Assembly (NCBI GenBank): GCA_051884875.1
Contig: JBJEWD010000025.1
Span: 58,514 to 122,513, forward strand
Length of the DNA: 64,000 nucleotides
DNA from: Kiritimatiellia bacterium
GTDB taxonomy: Bacteria; Verrucomicrobiota; Kiritimatiellia; RFP12; UBA1067
Direction of reading: 5' to 3'
Below, in pieces: positions 38,405 to 47,294 of the stretch; within the stretch, counting starts at the first letter, position 1, and each line of letters begins with the position of its first letter. The notes under the pieces were generated by a model. It saw only the letters and a program-made list of their open reading frames with translations. It was not told the DNA's origin and made no database searches. A program made the translations under genes and the position numbers.

Positions 38405-39163
38405 ATGCCTAAATACAAAATACAGACCGTCAGCCTCAACTTCTTCTACGGGGAGCACCAGGCCCTGTTCGACAACAACCTCAAGATAGAGGAGAATCGG
38501 ATCACGGCGATAATCGGCCCCTCGGGCTGCGGAAAGTCGACGCATCTGCGGATCTACAACCGCATCTTCGAACTGCACCGCCAGCAGCGCGCCGAGGGCC
38601 AGGTCCTCATCGACGGGAAGAACATCCTGGACCGGGACGTCGACCTGCTCGAGCTGCGCCGCCGCATCGGCATGATCTTCCAGAAGCCCACGCCGTTCCC
38701 GATGAGCGTCTATGACAACATCGCCTACCCGCTTCGCCTGCACTTCCGCGCCACGCGAAAGGAGCTGGATGAACGCGTCGAAGCCGCCTTGCGCGGCGCG
38801 GCGCTCTGGGACGAGGTCAAGGACAAGCTCAAGGAGCCGGGCGGCGCCCTTTCCGGCGGGCAGCAGCAGCGCCTCTGCATTGCGCGGGCGATCGCCGCCG
38901 AGCCGGAGGTCTTGCTGATGGACGAGCCCACGAGCGCCATCGACCCCGTGGGCACCCTCAAGATCGAGGAACTGATGGACCGTCTGCGCAAACGCTTCAC
39001 GATCGTCATCGTGACCCACAATATGCAGCAGGCGTCGCGCATATCGGACGTCACCGCCTTCTTCTACAAAGGCCGGATCGTCGAAGTCGGCCCGACGCGG
39101 CAGATATTCCAAAACCCCAAGAACAAACAAACCGAGGATTATGTATCCGGGAGGTTCGGCTGA
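38405..39163 (+). CDS. pstB: Phosphate ABC transporter ATP-binding protein
   Basis: Walker [13 protein letters not shown] signature [14 protein letters not shown], Walker [12 protein letters not shown]. Confidence 0.95.
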   Translation: MPKYKIQTVSLNFFYGEHQALFDNNLKIEENRITAIIGPSGCGKSTHLRIYNRIFELHRQQRAEGQVLIDGKNILDRDVDLLELRRRIGMIFQKPTPFPMSVYDNIAYPLRLHFRATRKELDERVEAALRGAALWDEVKDKLKEPGGALSGGQQQRLCIARAIAAEPEVLLMDEPTSAIDPVGTLKIEELMDRLRKRFTIVIVTHNMQQASRISDVTAFFYKGRIVEVGPTRQIFQNPKNKQTEDYVSGRFG

Positions 39164-39165
39164 TC

Positions 39166-39813
39166 ATGAAAATCCATTTTGAACTGGCTCTCGCCAAATT
39201 GAATCGACTGCTCGAAGAGAATGCCGCGCGTACGGAGGATGCGGTGAACGCGGCGGTCCGGGCCATGGAACGCGGCGAGTCCGATCTCGCCCAGCGCGTC
39301 ATCGACGACGACGAAGCGATCGACCGGGCCGAGAACCAGATTGAAGAGGAATGTCTCGAAATACTGGCCCTCTACCAGCCGGTCGCCACGGATCTGCGCC
39401 GCGTCATGACGATATTCAAGGCGAACGGGGAGATCGAACGCGCGGGCGACCTGGCCGTGAACATCGCCAATCGCGTCGCCGATGCCACCGCCTACGGCAT
39501 TGCCGACCGGTGGAACTTCGCCACGATCTCCGACAGGGCCACGCGGATGTTTTCGGATGCGTTGCTGTCCCTGCACAAAGGCGATGCCATGCTCGCCCGG
39601 CGGGTGATCGAGGCGGATGAAGAGGTGGACGCCCTGCATCGCGCATCCTATTCGAAAGTCGCCGAGGGCATCGTGTCCGAACCGGCGTCGGCGGGATACT
39701 ATCTCGACGCCCTGACCGTCTCGCGCGCCCTGGAGCGCCTGGCCGACATCGCGACGAACATTGCGGAAGACGTGATCTACCTCGAGACGGCCGAAATCGT
39801 CCGCCACCGCTGA
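39166..39813 (+). CDS. phoU: Phosphate signalling regulator PhoU
   Basis: Two PhoU repeats (DDDEAIDRAENQIEEECLEIL... and ADEEVDALHRASY...) directly after pstB. Confidence 0.9.
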   Translation: MKIHFELALAKLNRLLEENAARTEDAVNAAVRAMERGESDLAQRVIDDDEAIDRAENQIEEECLEILALYQPVATDLRRVMTIFKANGEIERAGDLAVNIANRVADATAYGIADRWNFATISDRATRMFSDALLSLHKGDAMLARRVIEADEEVDALHRASYSKVAEGIVSEPASAGYYLDALTVSRALERLADIATNIAEDVIYLETAEIVRHR

Positions 39814-39830
39814 GGAAGCGCAGCTACACC

Positions 39831-39990
39831 CCCTTGCGATCCTTGCGTCCTTTGCGGCTAAAAACACCCTGATGAACTGGGAAGCTGCAAAGGACACAAA
39901 TCAGGGGGCAGGGGGCATGGCAGAGAAAACTACGTTCTAGCCGCAAAAAGGGATATGTTTTAGCCGCAAAGAACGCAAAGGACGCAAAGG
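39831..39990. mobile_element. MITE-like element, family C, second copy (internally inverted relative to 8051-8206)
   Basis: The reverse complement of its interior aligns with the interior of 8079-8178. The right TIR GCCGCAAAGAACGCAAAGGACGCAAAGG is identical and the left TIR is degenerate. Confidence 0.6.
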
Positions 39991-40020
39991 GTTCGAAAAC
40001 GCAGAGAATGTGAAGGATTC

Positions 40021-40347
40021 AACGAAAGGAGGGTTGGCTACGAAGGTAAGTGGTTGTCCAGTGCGAAGCAGCGGAGCGGGACAGCCGAGCGGAGCGAGAC
40101 AGCCGAAGGCCGCGGGAGCGCGAATCCTCGGTGTTAATTATACCCACTACCCCGCACACCCTCAAAAGCAAATGGTTGACCATCGCGAAGCTGCGGAGCG
40201 GTAGCGAGAGCACGAACCATCGGTGTTAATTATAAACAGGGTGGACAGCCCCGTTCCCCGCCTTTTGATTCAACTCCGATCCGTGCGGCTCTCGCTACCG
40301 CTCCGCCGAATACCTGGGGCTTCGCGTCCGGCATTCACCTTCGACGG
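40021..40347 (-). repeat. Two family-B repeat copies in inverted orientation (one variant, one close copy at about 40185-40347)
   Basis: The reverse complement matches 7611-8040, including the B-to-C junction sequence. Confidence 0.8.
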
Positions 40348-40410
40348 TCGGTGATAGGGATGAGGGATGAGGGAGGAGGGATGAGGTTTGCGCTCCTTTG
40401 TTCCGGAATA

Positions 40411-40535
40411 TGCGCAACCCCGACCCCCGAACATGCGCAACCTTTGGGGTGGATCCTGCGCACCATTTACCCCAAACCCTGCGCAGCCTTTGCCCCGGAC
40501 CTGCGCACCTTTGCCCCAAACCCTGCGCACCGATT
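40411..40535 (+). repeat. Six tandem 22-23-bp degenerate repeats with core (A/C)TGCGCA(A/C/G)C
   Basis: TGCGCA occurs at 40411, 40434, 40457, 40480, 40502 and 40524, giving spacings of 23, 23, 23, 22 and 22. Confidence 0.75.
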
Positions 40536-40579
40536 AGGTAACGGCTTACGCCCGACGGAGGTGGTTCGTGTTTTACTTG

Positions 40580-40830
40580 CCGCCTGTTGATTCAACTCCG
40601 ATCCGTGCGGCTCTCGCGGCCTTCGGCTGTCTCGCTCCGCTCGGCTGTCCCGCTCCGCCGAATACCCGGGGCTTCGCGTCCCGCATTCACCTTCGACGGT
40701 CGGTGATGAGGATGTTTCAGACTGCGGCTTCGCCGCCGGGAAATAGGGTTGGCTCCCCGAGCCGATCACGAAGGTAAGTGGTTGTCCAGTGCGAAGCAGC
40801 GGAGCGGTAGCGAGAGCACGAACCATCGGG
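40580..40830 (-). repeat. Further family-B-related sequence in inverted orientation (partial copy, spacer homologue and 3' module)
   Basis: The reverse complement aligns with 7680-7997 in segments. Confidence 0.7.
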
Positions 40831-40961
40831 GTTTATAAATCGCGGGGACATACCCCACACGACCCGAACCATGGGAGTTTCTAAATTGTGGGGACGGAGC
40901 CCGATCATCCCGCCGCCGCTCCTAGGCGTCGAAGATTTCAAGTCCATGGTGCGGCTATTTT

Positions 40962-40970
40962 TGATACAAT
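40962..40970 (+). promoter_or_regulatory. Extended -10 box TGATACAAT, 9 nt upstream of the ATG at 40980
   Basis: The sequence reads TGATACAATagcggagatATG. Confidence 0.4.
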
Positions 40971-40979
40971 AGCGGAGAT

Positions 40980-41852
40980 ATGTTCAAAATTCTCGTTATG
41001 GTCGTGGCGGCGGCGATGGCATCGGGGGGGTATGCCTACGAATGGGATAACGTCGGCCCGGACAGACGTCTGGGCGGGCGCATGATTTCCGCCGGCTACC
41101 TGCGCGGCAAGGTGGTGCTGCTGGATCGGCGCGATTATACGGATCCGGCGAACGCGGAGGCCATTCGCCAGCTGCAGACCCTGTGGGCGACCTATAAATC
41201 GAAGCCGTTCATTCTGCTGGCGAGTCAGCACGGCGCGGTGAGCCGGGAGAAGATGGCGCAGGCGCTCAAGCAGCTGGGCGTGACCTATCCCGTCTACGCG
41301 GATGCGCGGCTGACGAAGCCCGACGCCACCGAAGAGGAGCTTGAGGCGATGGCGAAGGCCTTTGCGGACACGCGCCCGTCCCTCGTCATCCTCGATTCGA
41401 CCTGCCGGCGCAAGCTTTACAGCGGGCGCGACATGCGTGTGGCGCAGGGCGTGGTCGGCGGGGCGATTCTCGCGGCGTCGGTCCCGACCTCGCCCAGACA
41501 GTACGACTTCCTCCTCGACTGGGAGCTCAGGAACCTGCCGGGCCGCGCCTATGTTCGCCTGAAGGAGTACCGCGCGCGGTTTCCGCAGGACGCCGCGAAG
41601 TATGCGGACGACTGGCAGACGCTCGCGGCGCGCGATGAAATCCGGCAGCTGGCGAAGCTCGTGGAGCTTTCGCGGATGATCAAGGACCGCGATGTCGCGA
41701 GCGCGTCCGCGCGGCGGCTGACGCCGGAGATCCTGGAGCGCGCGATGGAGAAATATGCGCCGCTCAAGCAGAGCGCGGATGCGTTCGTCGCGCAGGAGGC
41801 GAAGAATGCGCTCGCGGACATCCGGTTCAGCGAGGCGACGCTGGGGTCTTGA
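40980..41852 (+). CDS. Secreted TlpA/thioredoxin-like fold protein lacking the CxxC motif, with a helical C-terminal domain
   Basis: Paralogous to the next gene (GKVVLLD...WATYKSKPFILLASQHG...LGVTYPVY versus GKVVLVDLWGVGCPPC...WDAFKSKPFMLIGSHCQ...KLTYPIY). It has no Cys pair at the equivalent position. Confidence 0.65.
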   Translation: MFKILVMVVAAAMASGGYAYEWDNVGPDRRLGGRMISAGYLRGKVVLLDRRDYTDPANAEAIRQLQTLWATYKSKPFILLASQHGAVSREKMAQALKQLGVTYPVYADARLTKPDATEEELEAMAKAFADTRPSLVILDSTCRRKLYSGRDMRVAQGVVGGAILAASVPTSPRQYDFLLDWELRNLPGRAYVRLKEYRARFPQDAAKYADDWQTLAARDEIRQLAKLVELSRMIKDRDVASASARRLTPEILERAMEKYAPLKQSADAFVAQEAKNALADIRFSEATLGS

Positions 41853-41895
41853 GGCCTTGGACACGAACAAACGGACAGGAAAAAGGAGTCGAACC

Positions 41896-42786
41896 GTGAA
41901 AAGACTGATGGTTGCGGTATGGGTCGCCGGTGGTGCGCTGGCGCTGCATGCGGATGCATGGAAGGGGTTGTCGGCCAATAACTATTACTCAGGGCCGGAG
42001 ATCACCGAGGCGGATCTCGCGGGCAAGGTCGTCCTCGTCGATCTGTGGGGCGTGGGCTGCCCGCCCTGCCGTGCTCTGCTGCCGTCGATGCAGAAAACGT
42101 GGGACGCCTTCAAGTCCAAGCCGTTCATGCTCATCGGTTCGCACTGTCAGGGTCGTCGTCCCGAGCAGGTGAAGCAGCTTGTCGATGCGAACAAGCTCAC
42201 CTACCCGATCTACGATTTCGCCGGTCTTGTCAACGAGCCGCCGGGCGGCGGGGGACTGCCGTTCATGTACGTCGTCAACCACCGCGGCCAGGTCGTCTAC
42301 TCGGGGCGGTCCCATCAGGAGGCGACGGCGGCCGTGGTCAACGCCCTGGGCGAACTCAATGCGCCGCCGACGCTGACGCCCGGTTTCGTCTTCGGGAGGA
42401 AGAGCTACCACAAGGCGCTGGAGAAGAGCCTCGTCCTCGGCAAGCCCACGGCCGGCGTCATCCGGAAACTGGAAGGCGAGGTGAAGAAGGCCGGCTCGAA
42501 GACGGCATCGGCGCAGCAGAAGGAGGCGGCGGAGGAGGCCGAGGCCATTCTCAAGGCGATTGCCGAGGCGAAGGTCTGCCTGAAGGAGGACATCGCGCGC
42601 ACGCGGAAGACCGATCCCGTCGAGTGCCTCAAGCTGGTCAAGGGCTATATGGGCTCCTTCCCCGAGGAGGGCGCGGCCTACAAGGCGGAGCTCCCCGATC
42701 TGACGGCGGCGGCGAAAGAGGCCGAGGCGGCGAAGAAAAAGGAAGCGGCGGAAGCCAGGAAGAACGGCGCGAAGGGCAAGAAGTAG
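41896..42786 (+). CDS. Secreted thiol:disulfide oxidoreductase (TlpA/ResA-like, CPPC active site) with a helical C-terminal domain
   Basis: Contains VVLVDLWGVGCPPCRALLP. The GTG at 41896 is preceded by AAAAGGAG at a 7-nt spacing. Signal-like N-terminus KRLMVAVWVAGGALALHA. Confidence 0.75.
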   Translation: MKRLMVAVWVAGGALALHADAWKGLSANNYYSGPEITEADLAGKVVLVDLWGVGCPPCRALLPSMQKTWDAFKSKPFMLIGSHCQGRRPEQVKQLVDANKLTYPIYDFAGLVNEPPGGGGLPFMYVVNHRGQVVYSGRSHQEATAAVVNALGELNAPPTLTPGFVFGRKSYHKALEKSLVLGKPTAGVIRKLEGEVKKAGSKTASAQQKEAAEEAEAILKAIAEAKVCLKEDIARTRKTDPVECLKLVKGYMGSFPEEGAAYKAELPDLTAAAKEAEAAKKKEAAEARKNGAKGKK

Positions 42787-42789
42787 ACG

Positions 42790-44451
42790 ATGGACACCAC
42801 CGACGCGATGTTGGACAACATTACCGAAATCCTCGAACGCAACGCCCGGCAGTGGCCGGACGACGTCGCGCTCGTCGAAATCAACCCGCAGGAGCTCGAG
42901 TCGCGGCATACGACCTGGCGCGAGTATTCGCTCATCGAGAGTTCGCCAATCGAGAAGTTCCGCACCGAGCTGACCTGGTCGCAGTTCGAGAGGAAGGCCA
43001 ACCGCTTCGCGAACTTCCTGCTCTCGCGCGGACTCACCAAGGGCGACAAGGTCGCCATCCTGCTCATGAACAGCCTGGAGTGGCTGCCGATCTACTTCGG
43101 TGCGCTCAAGGCGGGATGCCTCGCCGTGCCGCTCAACTTCCGCTACACGGCGGAGGAGATCCGGTACTGCCTGGAGCTCGCCGATGCGGACGTACTCGTG
43201 TTCGGCCCCGAATTCACGGGGCGCGTCGAGCAGATCGCGAATCGCATTCCGCGCGTGAAGACGCGCCTCTACGTAGGCGAGGACTGCCCGACGTTCGCGC
43301 AGAGCTATCTGAAGCTCGTGAAGTACGCCGCGTCGGATGCGCCCGGCTTCCACCACCGGCCCGAGGACGATGCCGCGATCTACTTCTCGTCCGGCACGAC
43401 CGGCTTCCCGAAGGCGATCGTCCTCCAGCACAAGGCGCTCCTGCACAGCTGCCGCGTGGAGCAGAACCACCATGGACAGACGAAGGAGGACGTCTTCCTC
43501 TGCATTCCGCCGCTCTACCACACGGGCGCGAAGATGCACTGGTTCGGCAGTCTCCTCGTCGGCGGCAAAGCGGTGCTCCTCAAGGGCGTGAAGCCCGAAT
43601 GGATCATCCGCTGCGTCAGCGAGGAGAAGTGCACGATCGTCTGGCTGCTCGTGCCGTGGGCGCAGGACATCCTCGATGCCATCGACCGCGGCGAAATCCG
43701 GCTGGACGACTACACGCTGTCGCAGTGGCGGCTCATGCACATCGGCGCCCAGCCCGTGCCGCCCGCGCTCATTCGTCGCTGGAAGACGGTCTTCCCGCAC
43801 CACGACTACGATACGAACTACGGACTCTCCGAATCGACGGGGCCGGGTGCGGTCCACCTCGGCATCGCGAACATCGACCACGTCGGCGCCATCGGCATAC
43901 CCGGCTTCGGCTGGGAGGCGAAGATCGTCGATCCCGATTTCAACGAGGTGAAGCCGGGCGCGGTCGGCGAGCTCGCGATCAGGGGCCCCGGCGTCATGAA
44001 GGAGTACTACCACAACCGGCAGGCGACGGAGGAGGTGCTGCGGCCGGGCGGTTGGCTGCTGACGGGCGACATGGCCGAACTGCGCGACGGCTTCATCTAT
44101 CTCGTCGACCGGGCGAAGGACGTCATCATCTCCGGCGGCGAGAATCTCTATCCCGTCCAGATCGAGGACTTCCTGCGCGCCAATCCCGCCATCAAGGACG
44201 TGGCGGTGATCGGCCTTCCCGATCCGCGCCTCGGCGAAATCGCCGCGGCGATCATCTCCGTCAAGGAGGGGATGGCGCTCACGGAGCGGGATATCGCCGA
44301 CTTCTGCCTCGACCTGCCGCGCTACAAGCGGCCGCGCAAGGTCATCTTCGCGGAGGTGCCGCGCAACCCGACCGGGAAGATCGAGAAACCGAAGCTCCGC
44401 CGGATATACGGCGCGGCGGATCTCATCGCCGCGCAGAACGGTCTCGCCTGA
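42790..44451 (+). CDS. AMP-dependent acyl-CoA synthetase/ligase (long-chain fatty-acid-CoA ligase-like)
   Basis: AMP-binding motif IYFSSGTTGFPKAIV. Also contains TGDMAE...YLVDRAKDVIISGGENLYP and PRNPTGKIEK. Confidence 0.88.
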   Translation: MDTTDAMLDNITEILERNARQWPDDVALVEINPQELESRHTTWREYSLIESSPIEKFRTELTWSQFERKANRFANFLLSRGLTKGDKVAILLMNSLEWLPIYFGALKAGCLAVPLNFRYTAEEIRYCLELADADVLVFGPEFTGRVEQIANRIPRVKTRLYVGEDCPTFAQSYLKLVKYAASDAPGFHHRPEDDAAIYFSSGTTGFPKAIVLQHKALLHSCRVEQNHHGQTKEDVFLCIPPLYHTGAKMHWFGSLLVGGKAVLLKGVKPEWIIRCVSEEKCTIVWLLVPWAQDILDAIDRGEIRLDDYTLSQWRLMHIGAQPVPPALIRRWKTVFPHHDYDTNYGLSESTGPGAVHLGIANIDHVGAIGIPGFGWEAKIVDPDFNEVKPGAVGELAIRGPGVMKEYYHNRQATEEVLRPGGWLLTGDMAELRDGFIYLVDRAKDVIISGGENLYPVQIEDFLRANPAIKDVAVIGLPDPRLGEIAAAIISVKEGMALTERDIADFCLDLPRYKRPRKVIFAEVPRNPTGKIEKPKLRRIYGAADLIAAQNGLA

Positions 44452-44864
44452 TGCGCGCGATCGTCTCCCTCGGCTCCAACGTCGGCGCGCGCGCGGCCTA
44501 TCTCGCGCAGGCGCTCGCCGCGCTGTCGGCGCTGCCCGGTACGCGGCGAATCGCCGCCAGCCCGGTGATCGAGACCGAGCCGGTGGGGGTGCCGGCGGAA
44601 TTCGCCGCGCTCAGGTTCCTCAATCAGGTCGCGGTCTTCGAGACGGCGCTCACGCCCGAGGATTTCGCGCGGCGGATGCACGGCATCGAGGATGCGCTCG
44701 GGCGCGTGCGCACCGTCCGCAACGGACCGCGCACGATCGATCTCGACCTCATCGACTTCGGCGGTCTGGTCCGCCGCACGCCCGACCTCATCCTGCCGCA
44801 CCCGAGGGCGAGGGCGCGCGCGTTCGTCATGGAACCCCTCAAAGAACTGCAAATTGAATTCTGA
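44451..44864 (+). CDS. folK: 2-amino-4-hydroxy-6-hydroxymethyldihydropteridine pyrophosphokinase (HPPK)
   Basis: Contains AIVSLGSNVG...SPVIETEPVG...FLNQVAVFET...RTIDLDLI...LILPHPRARARAFVMEPL. Its start overlaps the ligase stop (TGATG). Confidence 0.88.
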   Translation: MRAIVSLGSNVGARAAYLAQALAALSALPGTRRIAASPVIETEPVGVPAEFAALRFLNQVAVFETALTPEDFARRMHGIEDALGRVRTVRNGPRTIDLDLIDFGGLVRRTPDLILPHPRARARAFVMEPLKELQIEF

Positions 44865-44931
44865 TTCCACCCGACTCACCGGACGCTCCTCCCGGGCGTT
44901 TCCGGCATCATCAGGCACCTTCCCCCCTACC

Positions 44932-45648
44932 ATGACCGATTTCATCGCCATCGAGCATCCGGACGCGGATGCGAACCGGTGCATCACCGAAGCGACTTTA
45001 CCGGATGTCCGCCGCTGGCTGGCGGAGGGATGCCGCGTGCTGCTGCTCGTGCGGCACGCGGAGCGCCCGCGCATCGACTTCGAGGATACGAGCTTTGGCG
45101 AAAGCCTGCCGCTGACGGCGGCGGGCGAAAAGATGAGCGTCGACTTCGGTCGGCTGCTGGCCGGGGCCTCGGACGACGTGCAGTTTCGGGCGAGTCCGCT
45201 GCGGCGCACGGTGATGACCGCCGAACGCATCGCCGAAGGCATGGGGGTCGGATCCGTCGATATAACGGAGGACGCCCGGATCGGCAACGGGAGCGCCTTC
45301 GTCGCCTCCGAACGACAGGTCTGGGAGCTTTTCCGCGACGGCTCCTTCTTCGCGCGCATGGACGAATGGCTGCGGCAGGGGCGCCAATACGGCTTCAACG
45401 ACCTTGCGCCCGCCTGCGATGCCTTTGAGGAATACGCGCTTTCGACCTTCACGGGCCGGCTCGGCATCTACACCTCGCACGACGTCTATCTGGTCGCCTA
45501 CCTCCACGGCCGCGGCGTGAAGACCGATTTCCGCAAGGAGAACTGGCCGTGTTTCCTCGATGCGGCGGCAATCATCCTCGCTCCCGGCGGCGACCGCCGC
45601 TATGCGTTCGTCCGCGCCGGCCTTTCCGACAAATGCTGCGGCGTCTAG
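44932..45648 (+). CDS. Histidine phosphatase (phosphoglycerate-mutase-like) family protein
   Basis: RHG/RHA-type motif LLLVRHAERP near the N-terminus. The first in-frame ATG of track ORF 44692..45648 that yields protein-like sequence is at 44932. Confidence 0.65.
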   Translation: MTDFIAIEHPDADANRCITEATLPDVRRWLAEGCRVLLLVRHAERPRIDFEDTSFGESLPLTAAGEKMSVDFGRLLAGASDDVQFRASPLRRTVMTAERIAEGMGVGSVDITEDARIGNGSAFVASERQVWELFRDGSFFARMDEWLRQGRQYGFNDLAPACDAFEEYALSTFTGRLGIYTSHDVYLVAYLHGRGVKTDFRKENWPCFLDAAAIILAPGGDRRYAFVRAGLSDKCCGV

Positions 45649-45669
45649 GCCGGACAAGGGATGGCGCCC

Positions 45670-45793
45670 GGCGTCGGCTAACTTCGTTGGGGCAAGTAGT
45701 CCAAACCCTGCCGCCCTCACCCCCAGCGAAGCGTACCCCTGCTGCGGGTTAGTCGGTTGCGCAGCTCGTTCCTCCCCGCGACAACCGACTAAC
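45670..45793. repeat. REP-like element, family A, with hairpin
   Basis: Reads AACTTCGTTGGGGCAAG...CCCTCACCCCCAGCGAAGCGTACCCCTGCTGCGGGTTAGTCGGTTGCGC...GCGACAACCGACTAAC. Confidence 0.8.
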
Positions 45794-45826
45794 TGAAAAT
45801 CCCGTCTATGAAGCGGCGGAGAAAAA

Positions 45827-45835
45827 TGGTATAAT
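45827..45835 (+). promoter_or_regulatory. Extended -10 box TGGTATAAT about 317 nt upstream of the sigma-like gene
   Basis: Exact TGGTATAAT. There is no convincing ORF between it and 46152. Confidence 0.4.
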
Positions 45836-46151
45836 TGGCGGCGAAAGCGTTGAATTGCGTCCGGATGGCGGTAAGGCCGCCGGGAACGGTGCAGGATAAC
45901 GCGGCGATATACCGGTCGTGCGGCAACGGCGGCCGGCTTCTCCACGGGGCAACCCGGAGCGAGAGGTGTGCGGGGTGGGTAACCTAACCCGTGCAACGTA
46001 CGCAACTTGCGTATTTGGCTTTGTTGGAAAACGACCAATCTTCAAGCAAAGAGCCGGATATGTAAGGTGCGCTGCGTGTGATTCACGCGGCGTGTCTTTA
46101 TGTTCGTTGTTTTTTGCAAGGCGCTTGGTCGTGCCTCCAACAGAACAGGAT

Positions 46152-46850
46152 ATGAAGGCACGCCCCTTTCTTTTTGCGCCCGGGATGCGCGTGCCTCGAC
46201 CGGCGGGTGCAGGAAGGAAGACGGCGATAAGAACGCGTGGGTTCGATTGCAAGGCATTCGCGAGAGCGCTGAAAGACGGCGATCCGGAGGCTTGGATGGA
46301 GGCGAAGCGCCTTGCCGTGCTGCCGGTTTTCGCCGACGCCAGATTCATGGCCATGGCCGCCGCCAAATGCATCACCGAAGACGAAGCCCTGGCCGATTTG
46401 TTCGAGAAGATGATGGCCGGCGGCAAACTTGATTTGCTCAAGAACTGCCGCCAGATCGTCCCGTATCTTCAGATATACGTCAAGAAGTACATCCGGAGTT
46501 TTTATGCCGCCAAGGAGGACCGGATCGTCCCTCTGGCGGAGTTGAGCAGTCTGATCGACGACGACGGCGTCGACGGCGAAACCGCCGTCGTGCGGATACC
46601 CGGCGACGAGAGCGTCCTCCCGCATGGTCGGAGCGTCCCGGACGACGAGAAGCAGCTGATTCAGCGTTCTTTCCACAAGTTGTGGAAGAAGAATCCGATC
46701 CGGGCGTATGTGCTGATGTTCCGCATGAAGGAAAACATCTCGTCGAAGACGATCATGAAACTTTGCCATCTCGCCTCCGAGAACTACGTCAACAAGACGT
46801 TGGAGCGGGCGAAGCGCGACATGACGGAATTGCTGAAGGAAACGCTATGA
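46152..46850 (+). CDS. Divergent sigma-70/ECF-like RNA polymerase sigma factor (putative)
   Basis: About 232 aa. Region-2-like segment (GDPEAWMEAKRL...EDEALADLFEKM...IVPYLQIYVKKYIRSFY) and region-4-like HTH segment (IRAYVLMFRMKENISSKTIMKLCHLASENYVNKTLERAKRDM). Assignment is by pattern only. Confidence 0.5.
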   Translation: MKARPFLFAPGMRVPRPAGAGRKTAIRTRGFDCKAFARALKDGDPEAWMEAKRLAVLPVFADARFMAMAAAKCITEDEALADLFEKMMAGGKLDLLKNCRQIVPYLQIYVKKYIRSFYAAKEDRIVPLAELSSLIDDDGVDGETAVVRIPGDESVLPHGRSVPDDEKQLIQRSFHKLWKKNPIRAYVLMFRMKENISSKTIMKLCHLASENYVNKTLERAKRDMTELLKETL

Positions 46851-47191
46851 CGGCAGACAAAACCGACCGATCCGTAGCCATTGCGTACGAAGCGTACGAC
46901 ATCGCCGATGCCGACGATTATTGGCTCGCGCGCCTCGTCGTCGAAGATGCGACATCCCCCGGGCCGATTGCGAAAATCTCGGTGACGGATCGTGGCGGGA
47001 GTCTCATTCGCGGCGCCCGGTTCTCGTTGACGGGCGTGATGCTCGATTTGTCCGAAGGCGAGACGGTGGTGGAGTTCGGCCTATTCAGCCGCAATTTCTC
47101 CAATACCGAGGTGTTCCTTGTCCATCCCGGCGGGAAGCGCGTTGCCGGAACCTTGAAATTCGGAGATTCAGGTGTCACAAAATCGGGTTGA
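46847..47191 (+). CDS. Small hypothetical protein (114 aa, no transmembrane segment), translationally coupled to the sigma-like gene
   Basis: ATGA overlap with the upstream stop. Composition is protein-like and beta-rich. Confidence 0.55.
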   Translation: MTADKTDRSVAIAYEAYDIADADDYWLARLVVEDATSPGPIAKISVTDRGGSLIRGARFSLTGVMLDLSEGETVVEFGLFSRNFSNTEVFLVHPGGKRVAGTLKFGDSGVTKSG

Positions 47192-47294
47192 ACAAGTCTA
47201 TTTGGAAAATGGGTGTGAGAGTCCTCAAAACCGGCGGATTCGTCTCTTGCGCTCAGCAACGATACAAGAATCTGCCGGAAAACAGGGAAAAACA

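Noticed and set aside
42045-44864. A 939-aa plus-strand ORF spanning the acyl-CoA ligase region and folK.
   Set aside because: Only its last 138 codons (from the ATG at 44451) give a real protein, HPPK. The upstream 800 codons are an Arg/Gly-rich alternative frame of the ligase gene.
45806-46441. The 211-aa minus-strand ORF and the 45918 start of the plus-strand ORF upstream of the sigma-like gene.
   Set aside because: Both give Ser/Arg/Pro/Cys-rich sequence without motifs. Protein-like sequence on the plus strand begins only around the ATG at 46152.
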